Assembly (NCBI GenBank): GCA_964409635.1
Contig: CAYPEL010000002.1
Location: 1-41,028 of the forward strand
Length of the DNA: 41,028 nucleotides
Direction: 5' to 3'
From: an uncultured Gammaproteobacteria bacterium
GTDB lineage: Bacteria > Pseudomonadota > Gammaproteobacteria > DSM-19610
Within the stretch, counting starts at the first letter, position 1. Every line of letters starts with the position of its first letter. A program made the translations under genes and the position numbers. Below are positions 1 to 8,366 of this stretch, piece after piece. The notes below the pieces were generated by a model, which saw only the letters and a program-made list of their open reading frames with translations, did not search any database and was not told the DNA's origin.

Positions 1-81
1 TGTTGTTGGCACTGCTGTATATGTTTGTATTTTTGTATCCACAATACAGGTATGCTTTGAAATCAGATTTGCTTTGGGAAG

Positions 82-897
82 CTAGCGCTGGCAGTTGACA
101 CAGTAGACTGTAGAACGCTGGCCCAGGCGAATTTCTTTTAAAGGTGCTGCACAGTTCTGGCAAGGTTCGCCACCGAGGCCGTACACACGTAGTGTCTGCT
201 GGAAGTAACCGGGTTTGCCACTGCTGTCAACGAAGTCTCTTAAGGTAGTACCGCCGAGTTCGATCGAATATTCCAGCACTTCTTTAACCGCATCAACCAG
301 CAGCTGATAACGGGGTTTTGAAATACGTCCCGCCGCACGCTTCGGGTTAATGCCTGCCATGAATAGGGATTCGTTGGCATAAATGTTACCGATACCGGTC
401 ACAATGTGGCTGTTCATCAGGAAGGCCTTAATGTTGAGTTTGCGCCCGCGCGATACTTTAAAAAGATAACCGCTGTTGAAGGCTTCCGATAAAGGTTCGG
501 GGCCTAGCTTGCAAAGCAGCTTGTGTTGCATGGGGTCGCTTGCTGTCCAGAGCAGGCAGCCAAAACGGCGCGGGTCTGTGAATCGGAGGGCTTTTTTATT
601 CGTTAACAGTAGATCAACGTGATCGTGAGGGCCTGCGCTTTTTTTTGTGCTGACGATCTGTAAACTGCCTGACATGCCCAGATGGAAAATTGCGGTACCC
701 ACATCGGTATTTAATAGTAAATATTTCCCACGGCGTGTTACCGAACGCACCTTTTGGCCGGTGAGTGACTTTTCCAACAGTTTGGGGATTGGCCAGCGTA
801 GTTTCCGTTGGCGAATAATAATTTCTTTTATTTTAATCCCGGTGAGATGGGGTTCGATACCGCGGCGGGTGGTTTCTACTTCGGGGAGTTCGGGCAT
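82..897 (-). CDS. mutM: Formamidopyrimidine-DNA glycosylase (Fpg/MutM)
   Basis: N-terminal MPELPEVE catalytic motif. C-terminal zinc finger CQNC...CVNC. Length of 271 aa is typical. Confidence 0.95.
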   Translation of the reverse strand: MPELPEVETTRRGIEPHLTGIKIKEIIIRQRKLRWPIPKLLEKSLTGQKVRSVTRRGKYLLLNTDVGTAIFHLGMSGSLQIVSTKKSAGPHDHVDLLLTNKKALRFTDPRRFGCLLWTASDPMQHKLLCKLGPEPLSEAFNSGYLFKVSRGRKLNIKAFLMNSHIVTGIGNIYANESLFMAGINPKRAAGRISKPRYQLLVDAVKEVLEYSIELGGTTLRDFVDSSGKPGYFQQTLRVYGLGGEPCQNCAAPLKEIRLGQRSTVYCVNCQR

Positions 898-1066
898 GTT
901 GTGATTCTACTGCGTTATGACTATTGCTGTTGTCTTATACTTCCTTTTCTTCCATTGGGTGGGTGAATCTTACCGTTTTCTACGGCATCTGGTGGGTTTC
1001 ACCCAGCCGGTAACTGTTGCGGGAGCCCCGTTCGTATTGTGGTGGTTTGTCTCTTAACTTGCTAGG

Positions 1067-1945
1067 TCACTCGGTTTTGATTTCAACCTGTTCCAGGTTG
1101 CCGTCATCTGTATCAGTTGGTATTTCAATAAAATCCCCGCTCCGGTCGCCTAGTTTATATTGAATTCCATAATCCGGGCGTGCCAGTATCAGTTGTGACT
1201 CACTTGCCTGGATAATAAATTTAACCGCTTCTTCCTGCCCGGACAGCGTTACATAAATAGTTTCACCTGTTGTCTCCGGATCCATTTTCTGGACATTGAG
1301 TGCGCTGGCTGCCTGCCAGCCTTCAATAAATAGGTGTAATTTGTCGGTGCTGACGGTTTGTTCCGGTGTAAGCTGCCATTTACCCTCGACTTGTTGCATC
1401 TGAAAACCGGGCAACTTTAGAGCGGTAATTTTATCACTTTCAGCAAACAGTCTGTGGCGCACAAAGTTCGTAAAACTGGACTGTATCTGGTTCTGATACA
1501 GGTCTTCGATCAAATGGACGGTATTGCCGGCTTTGACATAACGCAGTGCTTCTAACGGATCGATGCCACCAAAAATTAATTCCTGTTGATTGAGCGTTAC
1601 GCGGTTTTCCGGGGAGCTCAGCCCAACTTGTGCCAGATCCAGTTCTGTGGGTGCATAGCGACGCTTGACCGTTTGTACGGCCAGGCGTGTGAGTGCGTTA
1701 ACCTGAAACTTATTTGCCGGTAGCGGGGGGTCTTGTTCAATAAACCACGCATTGTCTTTTTTCACCAGCACCAGTTTTGGCAACAGGCTGCGGTCAAGCT
1801 GGATGCGCGTCACAGCATCTTGTGTGAGCGAAGTCAGGTAAATTTCAGCGGCAGGCTTTTCAATGCCGGGCTCAAAGTGTGCAATCAGGCTAAGAATGCC
1901 GATAGCGAATACAAGGAATAGATTGGTAACCCAGCGTGATTTCAT
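1067..1945 (-). CDS. DUF4340-like protein, last gene of the ABC-2/GldG operon
   Basis: N-terminal membrane anchor (MKSRWVTNLFLVFAIGILSLI). I use the internal ATG at 1945 because the longer ORF (to 2002) would overlap the upstream gene. It occupies the position usually held by DUF4340 after GldG-like genes. Confidence 0.7.
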   Translation of the reverse strand: MKSRWVTNLFLVFAIGILSLIAHFEPGIEKPAAEIYLTSLTQDAVTRIQLDRSLLPKLVLVKKDNAWFIEQDPPLPANKFQVNALTRLAVQTVKRRYAPTELDLAQVGLSSPENRVTLNQQELIFGGIDPLEALRYVKAGNTVHLIEDLYQNQIQSSFTNFVRHRLFAESDKITALKLPGFQMQQVEGKWQLTPEQTVSTDKLHLFIEGWQAASALNVQKMDPETTGETIYVTLSGQEEAVKFIIQASESQLILARPDYGIQYKLGDRSGDFIEIPTDTDDGNLEQVEIKTE

Positions 1946-1980
1946 GACTAGTAGCCCTTTAACAGGATAAAGACGGGTTA

Positions 1981-3354
1981 TTAGCGCGCGCGGCGCCGCC
2001 ACCAGATAAACAGACCCGTCGCCAGCAGCAGTGCGGGCAGTACAAATAAAAACCCGAAGCCGATGAACATCTGAGCGGTCTTGCTAAGTTCCAGTGTGGT
2101 GTCACCGGCGGGACGTGCGGCGATTGAGATGAACTGGTCATCATGGTTTAGCCAGTCAATCAGGTTGATACCCAGATCCATGTTGCCGCCGTTACCCAGG
2201 TAGCTGTTAGCAAGAAAATCGCCATCACCGATAACAACGACGCGTTGCTGCTTTGGCTGATCATTGTTATCGCCGCCTGTATCTTCAGGGGTGCGCGTCA
2301 ACGCAAAACCGATATCTAGCGGGCCACCCTGCTCATCGCTGTCCGGATCCAGGCTGATGGTGCCGCTCAGTTCACCCAGTTCGGTCCAGGATCGTTCCAG
2401 TGTGGTGAGGATAGGTGTTGCCTGCCAGCCATTTTCAGCTTCGACTTTGAGCGCAACGGTCTTTGGAAACAGCGTCAGACTATCCATGTTTTGGGTTATA
2501 GCGTGGCGTGGGTATTCGGGTATCAGCGCAAAAGCCGGGTTATCAATACCAAATAGTTGCGTGGTAGCGTCGACGATAACGCCCGGTAGAAATTCCACCC
2601 CCAGTAATTCAGCGAGTGGCGCTAGCCCGGTGTTTTCTTCGGGTTCGGACAGCCATAATAAATTTCCACCTTGTTTCACATAATCGTCAATGATTTTTAC
2701 TTCACCCGGCAACAGGTTAACTTGTGGGCTGGCAATTACCAGTAGCCGTGTAGATGCAGGGATCTCAGGCGTTTCGGCCAGGTTCAGGGTGTCGAGTTCG
2801 ATGCCTTTTTGTTCGACGACTTTGCCAAAGTTGCCCATCGCGTGGTTAGCTTCGCCGTGTGGGTCGCGTTCACCGTGGCCGCTGAGAAAGAAAATTTTGC
2901 CTTCTTTCTGACGCGCGATACGCAGCAGGGCGTTGGTAATCGCCTGCTCGGCGAGCTGGCTGACCTTTTCGCTGCGGCCCTGGTAGGCGATGAGTAATTC
3001 ACCGTCGTGGGTAATACCCAGGTCGCGTACCCTGTCCGGTTCGGCGTCTGGGTTGACGAATTTAAAATGGATATTATTTTTATTGCGTTGGTAACGCTCG
3101 ATAAGGTTGCGTATGCGTTTACGTAAAACCGGGTCTTCCCGGGTGAAGGCCGTGATGTGTACGTCTTCCGGAATAGTCTGCAGCAGTTTGATGCTGTCGA
3201 CTGAAAGGCTGTTACTCTGGCTGGCAGTCCAGTCTGTCTGGTAGCTGTATTGAGTACTCAGCCAGGCGAGCATGCCCATGACTGCTAGCAGTACAATCAG
3301 AAAAACCAGATTCTGTATTTGCAGTAGCCGGCGTGATTTGCGGTTAATTTCCAT
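1981..3354 (-). CDS. GldG-like ABC transporter auxiliary protein
   Basis: 457 aa with N- and C-terminal TM helices and a large extracytoplasmic domain. It follows an ABC-2 permease, matching the GldG family pattern. Confidence 0.8.
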   Translation of the reverse strand: MEINRKSRRLLQIQNLVFLIVLLAVMGMLAWLSTQYSYQTDWTASQSNSLSVDSIKLLQTIPEDVHITAFTREDPVLRKRIRNLIERYQRNKNNIHFKFVNPDAEPDRVRDLGITHDGELLIAYQGRSEKVSQLAEQAITNALLRIARQKEGKIFFLSGHGERDPHGEANHAMGNFGKVVEQKGIELDTLNLAETPEIPASTRLLVIASPQVNLLPGEVKIIDDYVKQGGNLLWLSEPEENTGLAPLAELLGVEFLPGVIVDATTQLFGIDNPAFALIPEYPRHAITQNMDSLTLFPKTVALKVEAENGWQATPILTTLERSWTELGELSGTISLDPDSDEQGGPLDIGFALTRTPEDTGGDNNDQPKQQRVVVIGDGDFLANSYLGNGGNMDLGINLIDWLNHDDQFISIAARPAGDTTLELSKTAQMFIGFGFLFVLPALLLATGLFIWWRRRAR

Positions 3355-3359
3355 CGCTG

Positions 3360-4112
3360 TTATCCGGTCAGCCGATGGTTATCGAGGCGGCGAATACAGA
3401 GGATCAGGAAAGTTGCCACAATGATCAGGTAGTAGATGACATCAGTGCTGCTGAACAGGCCGTTCATAAAAGATTCCAGGTGGGTTTGCATTGACAGGTA
3501 ACTAAACAGGCCGCTCACGTCTTCACGCTCAGTGCCACTCCAGTCGATGATCCATAACAGTAACAGCAGGCCAAAGGTGCTAATGGCCGCAATCACCGGT
3601 TGTTCTGTCAACGATGACATGAACACGCCGATCGCAGAAAAAGCCGCTAATAACAGCATTAAGCCAACTGCGCCTGCTGCGAGTTTACCGCTATCCAGGC
3701 TTGCCCCTGCGTAGAGTGACAGTGGCATGGCCAGCAGCATCACCAGCAGGATCAGGAAGAACAGGAAGATGCCGAGAAATTTACCGAGCACAATTTCGGT
3801 CATTGATAAGGGTGCGGAAAACAGCAGCGGCAGGGTGCCGTTGCGCTGTTCGTCGCTAAATACGCGCATGGTCATGGCGGGTGCCACCCAAAGAATCAGA
3901 AAGCCCGCCGTTTTCAACAGCGGGGTGATGATGATTTCCGTGACACCCGGTGCGCCTTCCATGCCGGCCAACTGGGGTTGCCAGTACATGTAAGTGTCGA
4001 GCTGTGACAGGAACAGGTAAGCCAGAATCAATTGCATGACCGCCAGCAAGGCCCAGGCCAGCGGTGACAGAAACAAGCTTTTCAGTTCTCGCAGGGCTAT
4101 GGTGAAAATCAT
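3360..4112 (-). CDS. ABC-2 type transporter permease (GldF-like)
   Basis: 250 aa and strongly hydrophobic, with multiple TM segments. Its start overlaps the ATPase stop (TGATG). Confidence 0.85.
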   Translation of the reverse strand: MIFTIALRELKSLFLSPLAWALLAVMQLILAYLFLSQLDTYMYWQPQLAGMEGAPGVTEIIITPLLKTAGFLILWVAPAMTMRVFSDEQRNGTLPLLFSAPLSMTEIVLGKFLGIFLFFLILLVMLLAMPLSLYAGASLDSGKLAAGAVGLMLLLAAFSAIGVFMSSLTEQPVIAAISTFGLLLLLWIIDWSGTEREDVSGLFSYLSMQTHLESFMNGLFSSTDVIYYLIIVATFLILCIRRLDNHRLTG

Positions 4113-5059
4113 CAGGCCACCTCGTTGTCTGGGGGTTGTTCACCAGTGGTTAGTTCAACAAAAATCTGCTCCAGGCCACGCCGCTCCAGCGCCAGTTCTA
4201 CCAGACCCCAGTTTTGTTCAGCAACCAGACTGGCAACTGTACCCGCTGGATTATCCTTGTTGAAGGTAAGCCGTGCCGAAGTGTTGCTTAATGATGCAAC
4301 ACTTTCAATGCCTTCCAGCCCACGCAGTTTTTCTGTTTCAATGGGCGCTCGGGTTTCCAACGTTAATGCATTTCCGGTTAAGCGTTGCTGCATGTTGGCC
4401 ATGGATTCCGAGAACACCAGTTGCCCTTGATGAATAATCTGTACCCGGCTGCAGGTCGCCTGGACTTCGGGCAGGATGTGGGTGGATAAAATGATGCCGT
4501 GATTCTCGCCCAGTTCACAAATCAGTTTACGGATATCACGAATCTGATTAGGGTCCAGTCCGACGGTCGGCTCATCGAGGATAACCACGGCCGGGCTGTG
4601 CAGGATGGCCTGGGCGATGCCAACACGCTGCTGAAAACCCTTCGATAAATTCCCGATCAGGCGTTTTCCAGTATCACCCAGGCCGCAGCGTTGTTTAGCA
4701 TTATTAATCGCCTTGCTGCGTTGGGCTTTGGCGAGCCGGTGCAAACGGGCGCAGTAGCTGAGGTATTCGTCGACCGTCAACTCGCGGTAGATCGGTGGTT
4801 GTTCAGGCAGGTAGCCGATATGGCGTTTCGCCTGTTTGGCGTCCTCGAGCAGGTCGATGCCGTTGATGGTGACACGGCCGGCACTGGGCGCGAGATTGCC
4901 CGTGATCATCCGCATGGTGGTGGATTTCCCAGCACCATTTGGGCCTAGAAAACCCAGCACTTCGCCTTGTGCCAGGGTAAAGCTGACATCCTGCACAGCG
5001 GTGTGGTGGCCGAAGTGCCGGTGCAGTTGCTCAACGCTGATCAGGATTTTTGAGGCCAT
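4112..5059 (-). CDS. ABC transporter ATP-binding protein
   Basis: Walker A GPNGAGKST, signature LSKGFQQR and Walker B VVILDEPT. The start is trimmed to the ATG at 5059 (MASKILISVEQL...), because the 5' extension to 5185 has no homology-like content. Confidence 0.9.
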   Translation of the reverse strand: MASKILISVEQLHRHFGHHTAVQDVSFTLAQGEVLGFLGPNGAGKSTTMRMITGNLAPSAGRVTINGIDLLEDAKQAKRHIGYLPEQPPIYRELTVDEYLSYCARLHRLAKAQRSKAINNAKQRCGLGDTGKRLIGNLSKGFQQRVGIAQAILHSPAVVILDEPTVGLDPNQIRDIRKLICELGENHGIILSTHILPEVQATCSRVQIIHQGQLVFSESMANMQQRLTGNALTLETRAPIETEKLRGLEGIESVASLSNTSARLTFNKDNPAGTVASLVAEQNWGLVELALERRGLEQIFVELTTGEQPPDNEVA

Positions 5060-5171
5060 GTCAATTATGATGTGTTTAATTAAGAGCGCAGTCCCTAATG
5101 CCATGGGCGTAAGCCGAAACTGTGCGGTGCGATAGCATAACTGAAAGTTTTCTAAATTGGGATAGTTTCGA

Positions 5172-6248
5172 ATGTCTGCAGACACGCCATTGAGTGATCA
5201 GCTCGGGTTTGGCGCTGATTGGCGCGAAAGCCAGTTGTTGCTGGCCGGGATAACAGGAATTGACCAGGAGCTGGTGATTTTGCTGCACGAGCTGCTGGAT
5301 CAGGATAAACATATCCAGACCCTGGTAAACCAGTTTTACCAGTATCTTTTCGGTATTCCGCAGGCAGCGGTTGTTTTGAATAAATTTGACCGTGCGCAGC
5401 TGGAAAATGTTCAGGCCGACTTTCTAACTACATTCGGCAAGGGCTTGGCAGGTGCCGCCTATTTTGAAAACCGCATCAGGCTAGCGTTAGTGCATATGCA
5501 ATTGGATATAGCGCCGAGCCTTTACAATGCGGCCCTCAGTTATCAGCAGGGCCTATTGAATGATTTTATCATCAAGGTTGCTCGTACTAAAAAGCTTAGC
5601 CGCTCTTTGGTCGAGTTAGTTGGCAAGCTGACAGCGCTGGACATACTGATCGCAAATGAGGTCTACAAAACGGCATTTCCACAAGCCGCCGAACAGGCGC
5701 TCCGACAAGACCGTCCCAGTTACGAAACCTATGATAACCGTTTGCAGCAGGATGCCACGAGCGGTGCGGCGGGCCGTTTGACGGTTCTCAAGGCGGTTGA
5801 GTGTGGTCTTGAGACGGCGCACCGGACCGGTCAACCCCTGAGTCTGATACTGGTTGAGTTGGATACGCTTGCAACAGAGAAATCTATTGATATAGAAGCT
5901 GCACTTGAACAGATACTGCGTGAAATGGTGGTGCGCCTGAAGTCCTCAGTACGTAGTTTCGACCTTGTCGGCCGCTATGGCGCGCGCAGCTTTATTATGT
6001 TGTTGGAAAATACATCCTTGCATACCAGCCGCCAGATTGCCGAGCGGGTACGCTGCCGGATGCAGGAAAAACCGGTGCATAGTCGGCAACATGAATGGAA
6101 AATTACCGTTAGTCAGGGGATAGCAGGCGCGCTCAGCAAGGATGATCAGGACAGCCTGTTATTGCGTTGCGGCCGGGCGCTGGAACAGGCCAGATCTGCA
6201 GGAGGTAATTGCATTAAAGAGGAGACCGGTTTTGCTGCTGGGGGTTGA
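5172..6248 (+). CDS. Globin-coupled-sensor-like protein with a degenerate GGDEF domain
   Basis: The N-terminal ~160 aa resemble a protoglobin/globin-coupled sensor domain with a candidate proximal His (LALVHMQLDI). The C-terminal domain is GGDEF-like, but the active site reads GARSF (5979-5993). An RxxD motif (RSFD, 5952-5963) sits five residues upstream. Confidence 0.7.
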   Translation: MSADTPLSDQLGFGADWRESQLLLAGITGIDQELVILLHELLDQDKHIQTLVNQFYQYLFGIPQAAVVLNKFDRAQLENVQADFLTTFGKGLAGAAYFENRIRLALVHMQLDIAPSLYNAALSYQQGLLNDFIIKVARTKKLSRSLVELVGKLTALDILIANEVYKTAFPQAAEQALRQDRPSYETYDNRLQQDATSGAAGRLTVLKAVECGLETAHRTGQPLSLILVELDTLATEKSIDIEAALEQILREMVVRLKSSVRSFDLVGRYGARSFIMLLENTSLHTSRQIAERVRCRMQEKPVHSRQHEWKITVSQGIAGALSKDDQDSLLLRCGRALEQARSAGGNCIKEETGFAAGG

Positions 6249-8202
6249 TACCGGCGGTACCTTCACGGATTTTGTATTTATTGACGGTGAACGTCTGCGT
6301 ATCCATAAAGTGCTGTCTACCCCGGACGCGCCGGAGCGGGCCATCTTGCAAGGTATCAGCGAGTTGGGACTTGAAAATAAAACCTATACGTTAATCCATG
6401 GTTCGACGGTAGCAACCAATGCCGTCTTGGAACGCAAGGGCGTGCGCACGGTGTATATCACGAACCGCGGCTTTGCCGATCTGCTGACGATCGGCCGCCA
6501 GGCCAGACGCGAACTCTATAATCTGCAACCTGCCGTGCAGCCGCCACCGGTACCGGCAGCGCTCTGTCTGGAAACCGGTGGCCGTCTGGCTGCCGATGGC
6601 AGTGAAATCGAACCGCTTAGCGAGGCAGATCGTGTACAGTTACAAGCGCAATTGCAAAACCTCAAGCCGCAGGCTGTGGCAATTAATTTACTGTTTTCCT
6701 TTCTCGATGACCGCTTTGAAAAACAAATTGCGGAGCTGGTGCCTGATGAGGTGTTTGTTTCGCGTTCGTCTGCCGTGCTGCCCGAGTACCGGGAATATGA
6801 GCGCGGTATTGCGACCTGGCTGAATGCCTGGGTAGGCCCACTGGTTGAGGGCTATGTGCAACGCTTATCAAAAGCGGTTGCGCCGTCACCGGTCAGCGTT
6901 ATGCAGAGTTCCGGGGTGACAATTTCAGCAGAACTGGCGGCACAACGCGCGGTGGAATTATTATTATCCGGGCCAGCAGGTGGTTTGATGGGTGCGCGCA
7001 GCATCGGTCAAACTCTGGGTATTGATCGATTGCTCAGCTTTGATATGGGAGGCACTTCCACCGATGTGGCGTTGCTCGACGGTCAGATCGGATTGACTTC
7101 CGAGGGCAGTATTGGCGGCTGGCCGGTGGCTGTTCCAATGGTGGATATGCATACCATCGGTGCCGGTGGCGGATCCTTGGCGCGTGTAGATTCTGGTGGC
7201 ATGCTGCAGGTCGGTCCGCAATCGGCAGGTGCTGACCCCGGTCCGTCCTGTTACGGCCGTGGTGGTGTCTTGCCAACAGTGACGGATGCCAATCTGTTGC
7301 TGGGCAGATTACTGCCCGATGTTTTCCTGGGTGGAGAGATGCGACTGGATATTTCAGCCGCGCGACAAAGTTTTCAACCCTTGGCCACAGCCATGAAGGT
7401 GTCACTCGAGCAAGCGGCGCTCGGTGTGATTCAGCTTGCGAATGAGCACATGACGCAGGCGCTGCAGGTGATCTCTGTGCAGCGTGGAATTGATCCGGCC
7501 GGTTTTACCCTCACAGCTTTTGGGGGCGCCGGAGGCCTGCACGTTTGCGCGTTGGCCGAAGCCTTGAGTATCCGGCAGGCGTTAGTGCCGGTACATGCCG
7601 GTGTACTCTCTGCATTTGGCATGCTCGCTGCGCCGCGCGGCCGCCAGCTGTCACACGCGGTACGTAGTTTGTTGGTGGAGCAGGATGATGTTTGCTTGCT
7701 GCAACGCTTTGCGGATCTAGCATCCAGCGGAAAAATGGAGTTGGCACAAGAAGGTGTTACCGCAGCAGAAATCGACACCGAGTATAAAATGGATTTGCGC
7801 TATCAGGGGCAAAGTTATTATTTAACGGTGCCTTTTCAAAATATAGTGCAGGCTGAGCGGGATTTTCATGCATTGCATAAACAGCGTTTTGGCCACGCTA
7901 TGCAAGTGCCTGTTGAGCTAGTCAATATCCGCATCAGTTTGCAAACTGCCGAACCCGTTATTGCAGTACATTTTGAGTCTGCGGCAGAGCAGGGCGATGA
8001 ACCCTGCCTTGTGGAAGTAGCAGGGTGCGACAGGCAGGTTCCAGTTTGGCATCGGTCGTCACTGGTGTGCGAACAGGAAATTGATGGCCCGGCTTTAATA
8101 GTGGATCCAGTGGCAACCACCTGGCTTCACCCGGGCTGGCAAGCGAAGCTGCATGCCAGTGGTAGTTTGCTGCTGTTCTGGAAAGCGGCAGATAATAATT
8201 AG
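6232..8202 (+). CDS. Hydantoinase/oxoprolinase A family protein (HyuA-like)
   Basis: The N-terminus LLLGVDTGGTFTDFV is typical of the family, and a second ATPase motif DMGGTSTD is present. I propose a TTG start at 6232, preceded by AAGAGGAG (6216-6224). The ATG at 6142 would place 30 extra residues inside the upstream gene. Confidence 0.8.
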   Translation: MLLGVDTGGTFTDFVFIDGERLRIHKVLSTPDAPERAILQGISELGLENKTYTLIHGSTVATNAVLERKGVRTVYITNRGFADLLTIGRQARRELYNLQPAVQPPPVPAALCLETGGRLAADGSEIEPLSEADRVQLQAQLQNLKPQAVAINLLFSFLDDRFEKQIAELVPDEVFVSRSSAVLPEYREYERGIATWLNAWVGPLVEGYVQRLSKAVAPSPVSVMQSSGVTISAELAAQRAVELLLSGPAGGLMGARSIGQTLGIDRLLSFDMGGTSTDVALLDGQIGLTSEGSIGGWPVAVPMVDMHTIGAGGGSLARVDSGGMLQVGPQSAGADPGPSCYGRGGVLPTVTDANLLLGRLLPDVFLGGEMRLDISAARQSFQPLATAMKVSLEQAALGVIQLANEHMTQALQVISVQRGIDPAGFTLTAFGGAGGLHVCALAEALSIRQALVPVHAGVLSAFGMLAAPRGRQLSHAVRSLLVEQDDVCLLQRFADLASSGKMELAQEGVTAAEIDTEYKMDLRYQGQSYYLTVPFQNIVQAERDFHALHKQRFGHAMQVPVELVNIRISLQTAEPVIAVHFESAAEQGDEPCLVEVAGCDRQVPVWHRSSLVCEQEIDGPALIVDPVATTWLHPGWQAKLHASGSLLLFWKAADNN

Positions 8203-8366
8203 TAAAGGCTATGTAATGACTAAGCAGTACGTTGACTACCCGACAGAGATATACTTTTTGCGGGATAGCCGAAAAATTGTCGGGCACAAGTTAATTCCAC
8301 ATCTGCAGGTTGTGGTATCTTTTGCTGGTAAAGCTATTTCCAAGGACTACTAGCGACCTATATATT

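Noticed and set aside
4112-5185. 5' extensions offered by the ORF track (4112-5185, 6142 start, 8310 start, 34362-35312, 31893 start, 14007 start, 2002 start, 16913 start).
   Set aside because: The extra residues overlap neighbouring genes or precede the conserved family N-termini. Internal starts fit the homologous N-termini and the operon spacing better.
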